In this document: piece after piece, positions 33,781-47,300 of the stretch
Layout of the letters: each line of letters begins with the position of its first letter
Numbering within the stretch: position 1 is the stretch's first letter
NCBI RefSeq assembly: GCF_964213995.1
Contig: NC_135810.1
Span: 3,720,001 to 3,784,000, forward strand
DNA length: 64,000 nucleotides
From: Mustelus asterias
Taxonomy: Eukaryota
Reading direction: 5' to 3'
The notes under the pieces: generated by a model
Told to the model about the DNA's origin: nothing
The model's input: only the letters and a program-made list of their open reading frames with translations
The model's database searches: none
Translations under genes and position numbers: made by a program

Positions 33781-36700
33781 CCTCCCCACTCCCCCCCCCC
33801 CCCAATCCCCTTCAGTTCGGCCATTTCTGACACACTCCTTTTCTCACGAATATCTCCATGTAGGTAGCAACAACCCCTTTTCATCAACCAGCGATCCGAC
33901 TCAGTCGAAATCCCTTATAACGGATTTGTGATCATATGTGCCAGTGAAGCGGGGGTGGTGGGAGGGAGGGGGGGTTCACAATACAATACCCATTTTCTAC
34001 CCCCCCCCCCCCCGACAACCACCACCCCTGTCGAATTACGCTTTTCTTTTCTCTAAAAAAAACACACAAACATTGCAAGCATGTAACCTGATGTAAATCA
34101 GAGAACTTTTTTTCTAAGAAACTTGGAATATCTCAAACCTTGGGTTAAAATCGTTTGACATCAGCGAAACAGACAAGTCCAGTTCTGCTCAGATATTTAG
34201 CTGTGAGAAAACCCTCCACCAGCCTTTTGCTTAGAAGGGTTTTACTCCCCAAGTGAAGGGGGGAGGGGGGTGGTTAGGAGTTAATCCGATTTGCAGACCA
34301 TATTTTGCATTAAAAGCTGCCTGTTTTTTTTCTGCTTATATTCGATTGTTTGAGGCAAAACCGATTGGAAGGTAGTCTTAAATGAGGAGGGATTAGGGAT
34401 AACACTATATATCAATAAATATATTTACTTCCTTATTGTTGCGAACGATCAGGGCCCCTATATTTCACTTGTTACCCTTTTACATTTTTGGTGAGGAGGG
34501 GAGGGGAGCGGGGGTAGTGGGGGGGGGCGGAGGGGGGGGGGGATCTTGTCTCGCTTTGGCCACAACCTGGGCAGGTCTGGAAAGAGAAAACCCACCAAAC
34601 GTCACAGAAACAAGCCCCCGCTCCACTAAATCACCCGGAGTTAATCACAAGATCTGTTTTTTATGCTACTGTGTACTGATTTTCAGAAATGTCATCACCT
34701 CCTGATGATCTGTGATGGACAGAATGTGTAGAATTCCAATCCAGCCGGAAGTTTTTATTGGTGGGGGGGAGGATGCAGAATAAATAAAACAATTATCCCC
34801 CCCCCCCCCGCTCCCCACCTTTTACGTGAAATAATTTAGAAAGTCTGATTTGTGCGAGTTGTGTGTATGGTACATTCATGTAACAATTTTCTTGCTTTTT
34901 CAGCCATCATCTGTTTGGTGTTTTAATTCTCTAATTCCTGTCTAAAGGGGGGTGGGGGGGTGGGGGGCACACAGCATCGTGCTGGCTGCTATTCATTCAC
35001 TTATCCAGGGCTACTCTGCTGGAAATTCGAGAGCTGATCCAAGTTCAAAGTCACGTTTGCCGACTTCTCCACAGAGCGGTATTATTTCTCTGCAGAGCCT
35101 CTCTCTCTCTCTCTCTCTAGCCCCCCACCTCCCCCACCCCCACCCCTTCCAAAAAAAACCCCTCTGTCTTTAGTCACCGGGGTTGGGAGACAGAGGCATA
35201 GAGAGAGAGAGAGAGAGGGAGAGAAATACAAAAATTCAATTGCATTTCAGCACCATTGCACTAGAAATGCAGCCGGGATCGGGAGGGAGGTGGACGGTGA
35301 GGAAGGCCAGCGGCTGGCAATCTATTCATTGAATGGTGCTTCAACAGGTTTGCAAAGAGGTAAGCAACGGACTTACTCCATGAGAGACGGTGCTCTGAGG
35401 CCGGGGAGAATGTCTTTATCGAGTTATCCAAATCCAGAAATCCGTACTCTTTATGGCGACAGCGCTTCTTTTGTTAGCCGGCAGGCTTGTTTTAATATCT
35501 GCCAACAATGACACCTCTACAATATCCCCTCTCATCTATATCAGTCTGGTCACATATTTTAATCTATTCTTGAATAAAGTTAGTCAAAGCACAGCGGATA
35601 AATCAACGCCATGTTACTTAACAAGTTTATGCGAAAGATTATTTTTGTGGGTGTTGGTCGTTGGGGGGGGGGAGCTATTCAGAGAGAACTTTTACAGTCA
35701 GACACTAGGCAATATCACCGTGCGGGCTGTGGGATAGGGCGGTGCATTCGCTCGAAAGGCTGCAATCTTTTTAGTTTTAAAAATCGCTTGAACTCGTCAG
35801 AAACCTTCCTCCTTCAAGATATATTTTTGCGAGCATTCAGAAGCAAACAACTGGCTGGGAAAACAAAATCAGCACTGCTTCTAATACAATCCTTTGAGTA
35901 AACAACGTCTAGAAATCAGTTAAAAGGCCAGATTACCGGTCATGTGTTTAAGTTGTTATTTTATAACTAGAAGAATGAATTGTACGTTACCTACCAAAGC
36001 ACTGTTATGGTTTCTTTATAAAGAAACAATGCTTTAGTCTTCACAAATCGCGTGAAGGCAACAAAGGTATATGTGCAAAATGCCCATGAACAGTATAACC
36101 CTTGTTAGTACACTAGCGTTCAATAAACATGACTGCATTTTGAGTACTGTACACGGTACAGCTATTCGCCATCGCCATTGCCTCCATGTAAAATGATTCA
36201 ATGTCATTTAATCCGCTGAGCTACTTTTATGATTTGTTTTGGGAGTTGTATTTTGTTCGGATTGCATTGGCTTGAGGGGCTGCTGGTTAAACTCACGTTT
36301 TGCAATAGGGAAACTTCCTAGCTACCTGTGTCAATAAAACCTTGAATCCAATTGAATTAATCAAATAACTATTACGGTACAAGTTACTGTTTTTGCCCTG
36401 TTCTTACTTTGACTACGACCTAAGATTGAGGATAAAGCACGTAGGTGCCCGTCCCTTTAAACCAAATCAATGACAAACGCTGATTCGGTGCAATCAGAAT
36501 GTATGGAATATGGTGCTTCCCCAGACTAAATGCAACTCTCTCCCATCACTGCCACGTAAATTAATTTATTGACCATTCCGATCTGAGAATCTAGATTCAT
36601 GACACAAAGTCGCAAAATATCGCCTGCAAAATATTAACTATCCTGTTCATTTGACACAAAGAGATAAGGTGTATTTTTGCAGTGTGAGATGGAACAACCG

Positions 36701-39700
36701 CTGAACAAACGTGGTGTTGTTAATTTATCCCATACTTCAAAGCGGATAGAATTACAGTGTGTATGGTTCTGTTAGTCTGTGGGAGGGTTCCGAGAACACA
36801 GCTGAATGAATTCACTCACATGTTTTCTGAAATACTGTCCCACACGTTAATGCTAATGCCTAGGAATGGTGGAAGCCGTGGAATCTGAACCCAATCCAAT
36901 CTTATATTCAGCTAAAGGCTGAGAGGTGCCCGTGTGAATCTTCCGCATTTAAGAAGTGGACAGAACAATCCCACTTCTGCTCTTCAAGACTGCTTTTGAT
37001 ACTGTACAGTTTGCAGAGTTACGGCCTGTTGCTAACTGTCAGGCCGCACCCATCCGTTGATATACACATGTACATTGCATTGACAATGAGTGGGTATGAA
37101 CGCTTGCTGGCTCTTTGGCAAAGCGCTTCCAAAAACATTTTTACGATGGCATGTTAGAAGGACAAATGAAAGTGACATGTGTTATCAGTTTACGAGTTGG
37201 CGACCTGTGATGGTTATTCCATAAATTATATCTCCAGTTAACCCCTGTAAAGTCTGTCGCGTTTTTTAAAACACATTACTAGTGTAATTTATTTCGGTTT
37301 TAGTCTGTGGGTGTCCTGTTCCTTCGTGTTTATCGCATGAGAAGTATGGCCAATGCGTTAAAGGTAAGGTAAGGCAGGCGGGCAAGCCGGGGTACTATCT
37401 TTCTCTTACAACTGCAGCTGTTAAGTAGTTGTTATCAATAGTTCATTCTTTACGAATAAAGGAGAACGCAGAGGAAAAAAGTTGTCAAACTGGGGGGCGG
37501 GGTGGGGGGGGGGCGAGATGGAAAAAAATGTGGCAGGATGAGTGTCAGAAATTAAATAATGGGTTTGTAAAATACATTTAATCATCTGTAACATTGCCCT
37601 TATGACACTCAGGGCAAATTAACAATGTATGGCGTTTTTATTATAAATACATAGTGGACCAAAATGGGAACAATTGCACTGCAACATTTATCAAATACAA
37701 ACGAGAAAGGGTCAATGTTTCAATTTGTCAATGTTTTGCAACAAGCTATATATCACAACGAAACGCATTACTGTTAAGATTTTTTAAAGATAAAGTCATA
37801 TGCACGAAAATATGTCATTGGAAGGAAAGATGGTATGTCTTATGATCTTGTATACATCCCCTGCCAAGTATTTGCAGTGAATATTATGTTTGGAGAATCT
37901 TGAGCCTTCAGTATGCAGTAGGAGATCCAACACCGTTTTGTTTTCGTCAGTTTCTTGTAAACCTCAAGGAATAATCAGCATATAAACAAAGCAGAATACA
38001 TCCGATATCTGATGAATAGTGCATTAAGGATGCAAATTGGGTTTTTTTAACAAAAAACTGGATGTTGTGTATCATGAACGTAGAATACAGAATGAAGAAC
38101 ATCATTGCTTTAAATTATATGCTATGCAAACGCCGAAGAGAATGTGAAGTTCCCAAATTTCCTCAGTATTTTACCAGCAGAAGCTGGTCTGTTTGGTTGT
38201 GCGACCATCGAAAAAGACACAGACACAATACCCCTGCTCGCTCTCTTTCATATTGACTTGAATAAGTAGAAACGCATTATAAACAAACAGTGGTAAAGCG
38301 CCAGGAAGTGTTGAATTCAGTTTACTGATAGTCTATTAATTACCCCGTCCATTGAGAAGAAACATGTATCTGTTCAATAATTAAGGGCGTGCATTCAAGC
38401 GTGTGAGAATTTTATGTGAATCCAGCCTCACAAGGCATGAGGTAATGGAGCGGCGGATTGCTATGAGGGCTTGTATGATGTGGCCATTGACAGACAACAT
38501 TGGCTTTGTAGGCGAGGCGTTGTGGTTTACCGCCAAGAAGTGCAGGAATGGGAAATAAAGACAAATAATAAACACATGGCACAATATTTTCAGAAGGCCT
38601 TTCGCCTATCGGCAACCATGTCCCTGCTAACCGTGCAGGGCAGCGTTAATAGTCCTTTTCCTGAAATTGATAGTAGCGAGTCATCATACCTACCTGTTTT
38701 AGTAGATAATATATTTGTGTGTTTCCTTGGATTTGGACTCCCCTTTCACATTCATGGATGGCATATGTTGCATTCTTTGGCGTTCTCTGTACTATCCAAC
38801 ACTTCATTTCCAAAGGCTCCCTGTTCCCTTTTAAACATTCTGTCTCCGATACCTGGTTACTTGACGACTTAACACTATTGAAGGTTCAGATTGTACAGAC
38901 AATGTAACACAGGCTCCTGTTTCCTTAATTTGAACCCCATGTTTTACATCATTTAATTTACCCAAGCCACATTAATAACTTTACAGTCCCACTACATCCG
39001 TTCACGGCATTACTTGTGCTCCTAAAATTCGCATCGTCGGTGCTTCTTTTGGACAATGGCACTAACCTGCTTGGTATTTTGACACATTTCGAGCAATTGT
39101 TGGTATCCCACCAGATAGGATGAGAAGCTAAAATTAGAAATTTGAACTGGAAATACAATTATGCTTTGGAAGTGTAATAAGAGATAATAAAACCCCGGGA
39201 AATCGGAAGCAATTTCCTTAAAAATAACCAAGCCTGGAAAAACAGAAACAGGAAGCCAGTTCATTATAATTATAATGCAATCACAGTGTTTAATGAGTAT
39301 TTAGCTTGGTGCTTTACATTGAACGGACAGGCGCAACACCGGGGCTAATGCAGCACACAAGAAATAAATTAGTGCCAGATATTTGCTATTTCTGAATTGT
39401 GCTCCTTACTGATTGCATTGTGAACACAATCCTAATTTACAAGTAACTGCAGGGTTTGGCCAAAAGAAGGGAACTTTCTTCAGAGCGTTGGTTGAGACCT
39501 ATTGGAAGCATCCAGTTTACATTCAATGGAAATCTATTAAAATCAGTGCAATCAGTTGGAGCAGTCGGGATTTGGAGAGTCGGGATTTCATTTCTATGTG
39601 ACATTTTGTAACGATCTTTAAAACAAAACAAGTGGGGATAAATAAATCGATCACAGAAGTAAGTATATATTAAGACATATTAATCGATGACAGATACACA

Positions 39701-40711
39701 TCATGCTGCGTTTATCAAGGACAGCGCCAAGGAAACGCATGTTCCATCAAAGCCCATTTACAGTGCAATTGACATGCACCGGCTGTTCAAATCATAAATC
39801 TTCATTCTGCTTTTTAATCAACAAACTTTTTTAACTGCAAAGCCGAAACTGGAGAATGAAGTTTATTCCTTTGCAAGTAGCAAGCACTTGTAGCTGGGGA
39901 ACTTCCTAGGAAGTGATCTTGAGCTCCTTTAGAAGATGACTACTTGTAAAGGGACTGGTGAAATGATCTATTTTTGTATCTGAATTTCATATTGCAGTGA
40001 GAAAGATTTCGTGTGTGCAATATTCCTACAATGGGTCTCATAGAATGACGTAATTTGATTTAGTGCGAAGTTTAAGGAACAATATGAAGCATCCCAGTTG
40101 GCATATGCTGTGTATTTTAAACGTTTTTAAAAGCGTATCAGTCAGTATTCTTAATTAAGACCATTAAATAAAGATTGGACAATGCACCATAATAAACTAT
40201 ACACTTCTGCTACATTCCCACAAAATGAGTTGTGTGTTAGAAACCGCGCAGTGTTTTCTTGCATGTGCTAAAGGTGTGGCAATCTCTTCTGTTTAGGTGG
40301 ATTATTACAGGAAGGAATCAAACTGCTTCACAACAACATGTCAAAGGCGCCTGCTCGTAGTTCGTCCGGTATTTGTTGTATTGTTTACTAAATAATGCAT
40401 CCCAAAACTTGAGAATTGTGTAAATTATTTTGTTATCGCCAATAACGCCAACTCGCATTCCTTGTAGTTTGGCAGGAGTCCTGCTCGAGCCAAACAAATA
40501 TTCGTAAAGGACGTCTGAAGGACATGCACCTCGCCGGGCAAGGTGGAATGGTGCGGTTAGAATGGAAACTCATGGAAACATATAACACCGGTAGAAAATT
40601 AACAAAACACTGGCAAAAAGAAAACGCCGAAGTAGCCTAAAGCATTGTGAAACCAAGATGCAAACACATGAACGCAGGACTTTAATATAAAATGTCTTAC
40701 ATACTGTACAG

Positions 40712-40828
40712 CATAGTAAGAAGTCTTACAACACCAGGTTAAAGTCCAACGTTGGACTTTAAGCTGGTGTTGTTAGACTTCTTACTGTGTTTACCCCAGT
40801 CCAACGCCGGCATCTCCACATCATGACA
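40712..40828. mobile_element. Penelope-derived palindromic insertion
   Basis: Arms 40712-40750 / 40751-40789 with 3 mismatches. The right arm matches 17620-17658; tacagcata is duplicated at 40707 and 40829. Confidence 0.75.
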
Positions 40829-42929
40829 TACAGCATAAACAGGGTAACAGCCAAATTATCAATAAGAGGACTCCACAATTACAATGCATAGCTTTATAAG
40901 TATGAACTATTCAATAACATTGGCTAGTTGGATGTCCAGAGTGGAATCACAAGAACATAAAGAATGTTTCAAACTTTAAATCAATAAAGCGACTAGCCAG
41001 AAATTTCTATAATATTGGGGTCCAAGAAGATTACATCAGTGTTGCTTCTGATGAGAAACTCGAGCAAAAAATCCGGCACCCAAGCCCTCCCGACATCGTG
41101 TCCTTTCTCTCTGCAGTGTTTTTAATAAAAGCAAAGTCTCTTAATTTTATAGAAACATTTAAGAAGGGTTTGAAGTGGTGGTGGTAGCATGAAATGTCTA
41201 CACGTGTTAAGTAAATGGGGCATGAACACTTATCCATAAACACATCACTTCATTGGTTTAACTTCGTCACATATCAGATTATTTTTTCATTTGTTTGTTT
41301 TAGTCTATTTTTTTTCGCAATCCGAAGACAAGTATTTGGGTAAGAATTTATCAGGTAGGTTCATGTGCAATAAGTATCTATCACAAATAGAAAGGCACAT
41401 TGAACAAGAGAACAGTCATAATGGTCATATATATATTCACATTTAGTACACATTTATTGATGCTATAATTAATATTTAATCTCATTTATCAATTTCATAG
41501 TGCTGAACTCTAGAAGCTCACGTTAAATATTTGCCTTTGAAAACCAAAGATTTCTACTCGTGTTATAACTATCTTTTTTTTCTATGTCGAGATAGTGTAG
41601 CTTAACACAAACTCAGGCCTTTTATTAAAGAAACAGATTTGCTGCCATTAATTTTGCGTTGCGACTTTTCGGAACGATCCACGTTTTCGTTAGATAGCGA
41701 CCTGCCTGACATCCTTTCACCTGAGGAGTGAGCGGTAAATGTTACTTCATTCCATCTGATCGTGTCAAATTTCACACACACATTCGGCACCCAACTATTC
41801 ACCGTCTATGCATTTACATGTTATCATGTATGATTAACAGTAAATACAAATCGGAAAAAAGTGACACAACGTGTACTCCAACCCCCTGGGAAGGAGTTAC
41901 AATGAAAGGTACCGACTACAGCACAAACATTATGAGGCAGAGCATTTTATGATTTCGTTATGTTAAGCCAGGTTGGAACATTGGCACACATGCATGTAAG
42001 CCAACAAGAAACTCATGTAACATAGGTTTTGGGATGTCAAGTGTTCTGGTCTTCCACCTTATCCTACCCATCATAAAGAAGACCCTGTCCCGTCACACAG
42101 ATACACTTCCAACCAAGTCCACTTCAGTCAATAGGTTTACAACTGCAAAACATCCCTGATATTTGGGCGTATCGGCCAATTTAAATATTTCCCTGCCTTT
42201 ATTTGTGTAATTTGAATATAGAATATAGATCTAAAATATTGAATATAAAATAGCAAATCGAATTTTGAGGAATCCGTCAATTTATAGACTTTATTTATAA
42301 CTACTTCCTCTAACGCTTTGTACCAATATTCCCGACCCCTTGGTTTTATTTGTGAATGCCTACACGATTTACAAGCATATAGTGTTTCAATTAGTGCCCG
42401 TATTAAAATAATTGAACATATCTAATCCTGCAAATTGGCTATTGCTAATTATGTTCAGATTGTAACAACAAACTCCATCTATATATTAACAACATTGCTT
42501 TGATCATCGTAAAACGGGGTTTAAAATGGAAATAATGCTGTAAAACGCTAACGTAAAACACAACTACGCTTATATTTGCGTGAGGATTGTAGAATCGGTT
42601 TGCAAGTTATTTTTGGAGCCAGTTATTATTATTATTTCATTCGATTGGCAAACCATGTTTCTCACTCAAGCGAATTGTTTATATTCGCAACTAACATTCC
42701 CAGAGAAAATACTTCAATTCTTCCAGGGTGTGGATGGGGTGAGGGAGAGAGAGAGGGAGAGAGGGACCATTGCAATTCTTTAGTGGCCAGTTATCGAGGT
42801 TTCATGCCATATGAGGGGGAGTGTGCGTGTGTGTGAGAGGGGGGGGGGGGGGGGGGAATAGAGAGAAAAAAAACAAGTGCTTATTTTCCTGAAATTCCGG
42901 AGTCAAAACTTGAGCAAGAGCAACATTGT

Positions 42930-43150
42930 GGGAATGGCAGGCGGGAGGTGGGAGGATCCCGCTGCGCCGCTCCGCTGCGAACGGGCGAATTGTCTGAACG
43001 GCGCATCTGCCAATCAGCCCAAAGTCGCCAATCCCGGCCTTGCCATCTCTGAACTATATCGCCCCACTGTGCAGTCTAATCGCTCTATGCTCTCCAATCG
43101 CTTGAGGACAAGAGTGAGAAAGGCAGAGTTAAAAGTGCTCAAAAAAGTGC
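42930..43150 (+). promoter_or_regulatory. Zic5 promoter
   Basis: CpG-rich, three CCAAT boxes (~43010, ~43029, ~43094), 200-400 bp upstream of the ATG. Confidence 0.6.
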
Positions 43151-43330
43151 TTGAACTGCACTCAATAGTGTATTTGCAAGCTTCGTTTTTTTGTGTGTGT
43201 GTGGGGGGTGGGGGGGGCGGGTGGGGGGGTGGGGGTGGGATGGGAGGGAGGGGGGATTTGAAGAGAGAGTGTGTTTTTTTTAAAAAAAGCTGTACCACCA
43301 ACTAGTGTGGATGGACAGGCTTATGTAGTT

Positions 43331-44342
43331 ATGGAAGCCGCGTTAAGCAAGCGGAACCCAGCACTGAGATTAGCGGATCTGGCAGCGAACAAATACCATT
43401 CCCATCAGAATATGTCAGGCTTCCCGGGGCTGGTGAGCCATCCACACCTCCACCCCGGGGAGATGAGCGGCGACCCCAGTGTGGCTCTCACCCCCTTTGG
43501 GCCCGAGCACATGGCTCAGTCTAGTGGTGTCCTCAAACTGAGTCCATCCCAGCACATGGCTGGCCACCCCGAGACGCAGACGGCGGCGATTTTCGGCTCC
43601 GCACAGAACTCGGGCAGTTACCCAGCGGGTCACCCCCACTCGGGCTACGCGAGCGGCAGGGACTATATCCTCAGGAGAGATCTCTCAGCGTCCGTGATGC
43701 ACGGGCTACCCGAGCAGCACCCATCGTCTGCCTCCCACCATCACCATCACCATCACGGCATGTTTCTGTCCACCACCGCCAGCTGCGGGCATCCGGAGGT
43801 ATTCCCGGGACTCCACGAGCAGTCGGCACCGGGATCCCACCATACTTTAAACGGACAGATGCGCCTGGGCTTGCCGGGGGATCTCTACAGGCCGGAACAT
43901 TTCAACCACAGAGCTGAACATTACCCCGCTTCTTCCCTACACTCTTACAACTCCATGAATTTGAACGTTAACCTGGCAGCAGCTCATCACGGCGCCGGGG
44001 CATTCTTTAGATACATGAGGCAACCCATCAAGCAGGAACTCATCTGCAAGTGGATTGACCAAGAAGAGACTTCAAAGAAACCTTGTTCGAAAACTTTTAG
44101 CACCATGCACGAGTTGGTGAACCATGTCACGGTGGAACATGTCGGTGGACCCGAGCAGAGCGTCCACATTTGTTACTGGGAGGATTGTCCCAGAGAGGGG
44201 AAACCGTTCAAGGCGAAATACAAACTGGTGAATCACATTCGAGTTCACACAGGGGAGAAACCCTTTCCGTGTCCCTTTCCGGCCTGCGGGAAGGTATTCG
44301 CTCGCTCGGAAAACTTAAAGATACACAAAAGGACTCACACAG
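43331..44342 (+). CDS. ZIC5: Zic5 exon 1 (N-terminus, ZF-NC, ZF1-ZF3)
   Basis: [37 protein letters not shown] and Zic fingers; donor ACAG|gttggt, phase 1; head-to-head with Zic2. Confidence 0.94.
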
Positions 44343-47300
44343 GTTGGTGTTTCTAAAGCACTTTTGCGCTTTTGTTTTCCCCTCGCCCGAGTACATCTCG
44401 TGGCTACATCCATCTCCGGGCGAAGCTCTGATAAGTTAAAAAGAAAAGTTAGCACTTACCCCCCCCTACACACACACCCTTCAATCGAGAATCTTAACCA
44501 TTATCATCATAGAATCACAGAACCCCTTCACATCATAAGCAGGCCCGTATCTGATACACTCGCCTATAATTGGACACAAATTCTGAGAATGTGGAATCAG
44601 AGCAACGATGTTCCGTCTGTAAGGTTCTGGAGATTTCCGATGTCGGGAGACAGGCCGGGAACATTTGCAAACGGGTTTAAAACAGGGGGCCTCCCTTTGT
44701 CTCCCGCCCGGGGAATCTTGAGAGAACATGTCACTAATTTTAAATGTCGGCACCGGAGCTTTGACTGGAGGTGTTACTGGGTTTTAAAGAAGCGAATTCC
44801 GCCCCCCCCCCCCTCCTCTCCTGTCCACCCCTCAATTAAAGTCCGATATTTCAAATCAAGAAAAAATAAGTACATTGAGAATGAGCAGAGTAAAGTGAAA
44901 GCCCAGATTGGCACAGAGAGATTTCAGTGCAGTTTTGTGAACGGTTTAGTACGGGGAGGGAGTGGAACTTGGAAATCGGAAAAAGCGAGTTGGTTTTGCT
45001 GCTGAAATGCGCTATTTCAGAGTTTTTGGGAGGAACTATCCCGAGACAGTGTCAGCCAGCACCGTTTGTGAGAGTTATCAGCAGTAACTATCCAGGAACA
45101 ATCCCTGCCCCCAGGGCTGTGCCCCATCTAACTTGTACAAAGTTTATTGCGTATCCTCGCGTATGGCTTTTAGTTTCTTGCGAAATCAGGAAAGCTGGTC
45201 AGAATTTATTGTTGCAGACAGATATGATTCCTTGGAGAATGTTTATTGACGTATGCTTTGCTTAAGTGTTTGCCCTGATTTATAGTGTGCTGTCACAGGG
45301 TCTAAACAGATAGTGTTACACTTATTCCTTTAATGTCTTCTTAATTTGTTGTTTAAATGTTAAAGCAAATGGTCCATGACTGCCCTGATTACAGATTTTA
45401 TCTAAAGAATATGTTGCACGAGTTTTTTTTAAAAGAACATCAGGGTGTGGGGTTGGGAGCGAACCTGGAACACGTATTCCAGCTATATTGGGAAGGACCC
45501 AATAGGAGGGATAGATTCGGTTGCCCGGATCCTGTCCATCTCTTCTCAACAGAAGTGTGGAAAGTAAGGGACCTGTTTAAAACTTCCATTTTATTCAGTT
45601 TGTAGTCTTATATCCTCCCAACACTGTATCCTAAAGATAAATCACAACGGAACGCACTGGAGCACTCACTCACTAGCTTTTCAGGCCTCTTAATGGTTCC
45701 GAACTAGGGTTAGAAAATGGTCACCTTTTGAGTAGTGTCCATTTGGACCTAGAGAAAAAAAATAACAGGAGTTCGGGGAGGGTTAACTGCTCACATTCTG
45801 ATATTTTTAAATGGGCCATAGATTAAAAATAACACAAAAAATGGTAATTAGCGTCACACGGGGAAGCAGAATTACTTTCTTCACTTCAGTGGAGCAGCGA
45901 GGTAAAATTGCCAATCAACTTAATGTCTGTCCAACAAATGAAACCCGATGTTGCTGAGATTCAGAGTGGGTGCAGTGCAGAGCTCGCCGCCAAAAACATA
46001 ACTTTTCAGATAGATGTAACGGTGACCCCCAGGCAAAAACACACACAATATGGCGATGTGCGCCAAGTGTGTTTGTAAAGTCAATTACCATAATTATTTG
46101 CTCCTTTTTTTAAAAAAAGAAAAGAAAGTACACTCTGCCTGTCCGAATGGGTGTGTGCTGTCTGCCTTTCAGTGTCAGGGTTTGAGGATTGATAAGTTTG
46201 GAAACTCTCAAGTGTTCGGAAACAAAGGCTGTGGTTACCCTGAGGGTTTGCTAAGAGTTCGCTCTGTGTTTGATACACTTGATAAACGAAGGCATTGATA
46301 TGCTGAATGACACGTCCTTATGAGAGGAAATTCCACTCTGTACCTGACCCACACATTAGAAATGTGGCCTAAAACAGTGCATCTGAAGGAGGAAAATGCA
46401 TGGGAAGCGCAGGGAAATCCGAGTAGCAGTCAGGTTCATGATGACAGGGGCAGCTTTAAATGGAGTCAGTTTACACTCATTGCCATGAAGAGGGGGTTAT
46501 GTTTGAGGGCGAATCTGTTTTTAGCATGGAGTGCTTTCTGGACCCCCAAGCTCAACGCAAAAATGCAACACGGCAGTCAAAGGTTGTCAGTGTCTTTCTC
46601 CTAACGTCACAGCTTGGGGGCCAGAAACTCCTCTCTAACCGCCAGTCCAAACACCAGACGCTTTGGAAGTGCTAGTTTATGAGCAGCCCCTGGGAGCCAG
46701 GCACTGCATCGGGCTGCCGCAGTCCACACAGCTAAATATAAATGTTTACAATGTAAAACAGAACCGGGACGGTGTAACAGTGGAAGACGCCTGTGGCCTC
46801 TGCATTTGGCCAGCCCCATTTCAATCCCCGCGTAAGAATATTAACACCAATTAGATCAAAGACAAGGACATTTTGCAAAGATTCCGCCAAGTGTTTGTCG
46901 GACACTAAGATGTTCAAGGCAAGTGAACCTCAATCATGTTAGCGAGAGGGGTCCAAAAATGCATTTCCAATGATGCAAAATGCCTCTGCTTACAAAGATG
47001 GCCACCAAACCTGGAGTTATTGTCCTCGTTCAAGTTAACTCCAAACAAACAAGACAGAGCGTGATATGAATCCGATTTCCATTTGAACCCCAATCTGAGA
47101 ATAAATATGTAGGCGAGATTTCTGCTCGATTACTTAGTGCAGAGTTGGCCTGTAATGTTGATGCTACTCTTGGTGACCGGGACATTTCAATGGAACACAT
47201 TTTAATATTGTAGATAGGAATACATTTGCCTAAGTATCAGGTCACTAGGCGCTGGACTACAGAATAAACAATGAAAGAAACAGTGTAAAGGACACACAAA

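Noticed and set aside
44364-45005. 213-aa ORF in the Zic5 intron
   Set aside because: Non-ATG start, no recognisable domain, includes translated homopolymer; likely chance.
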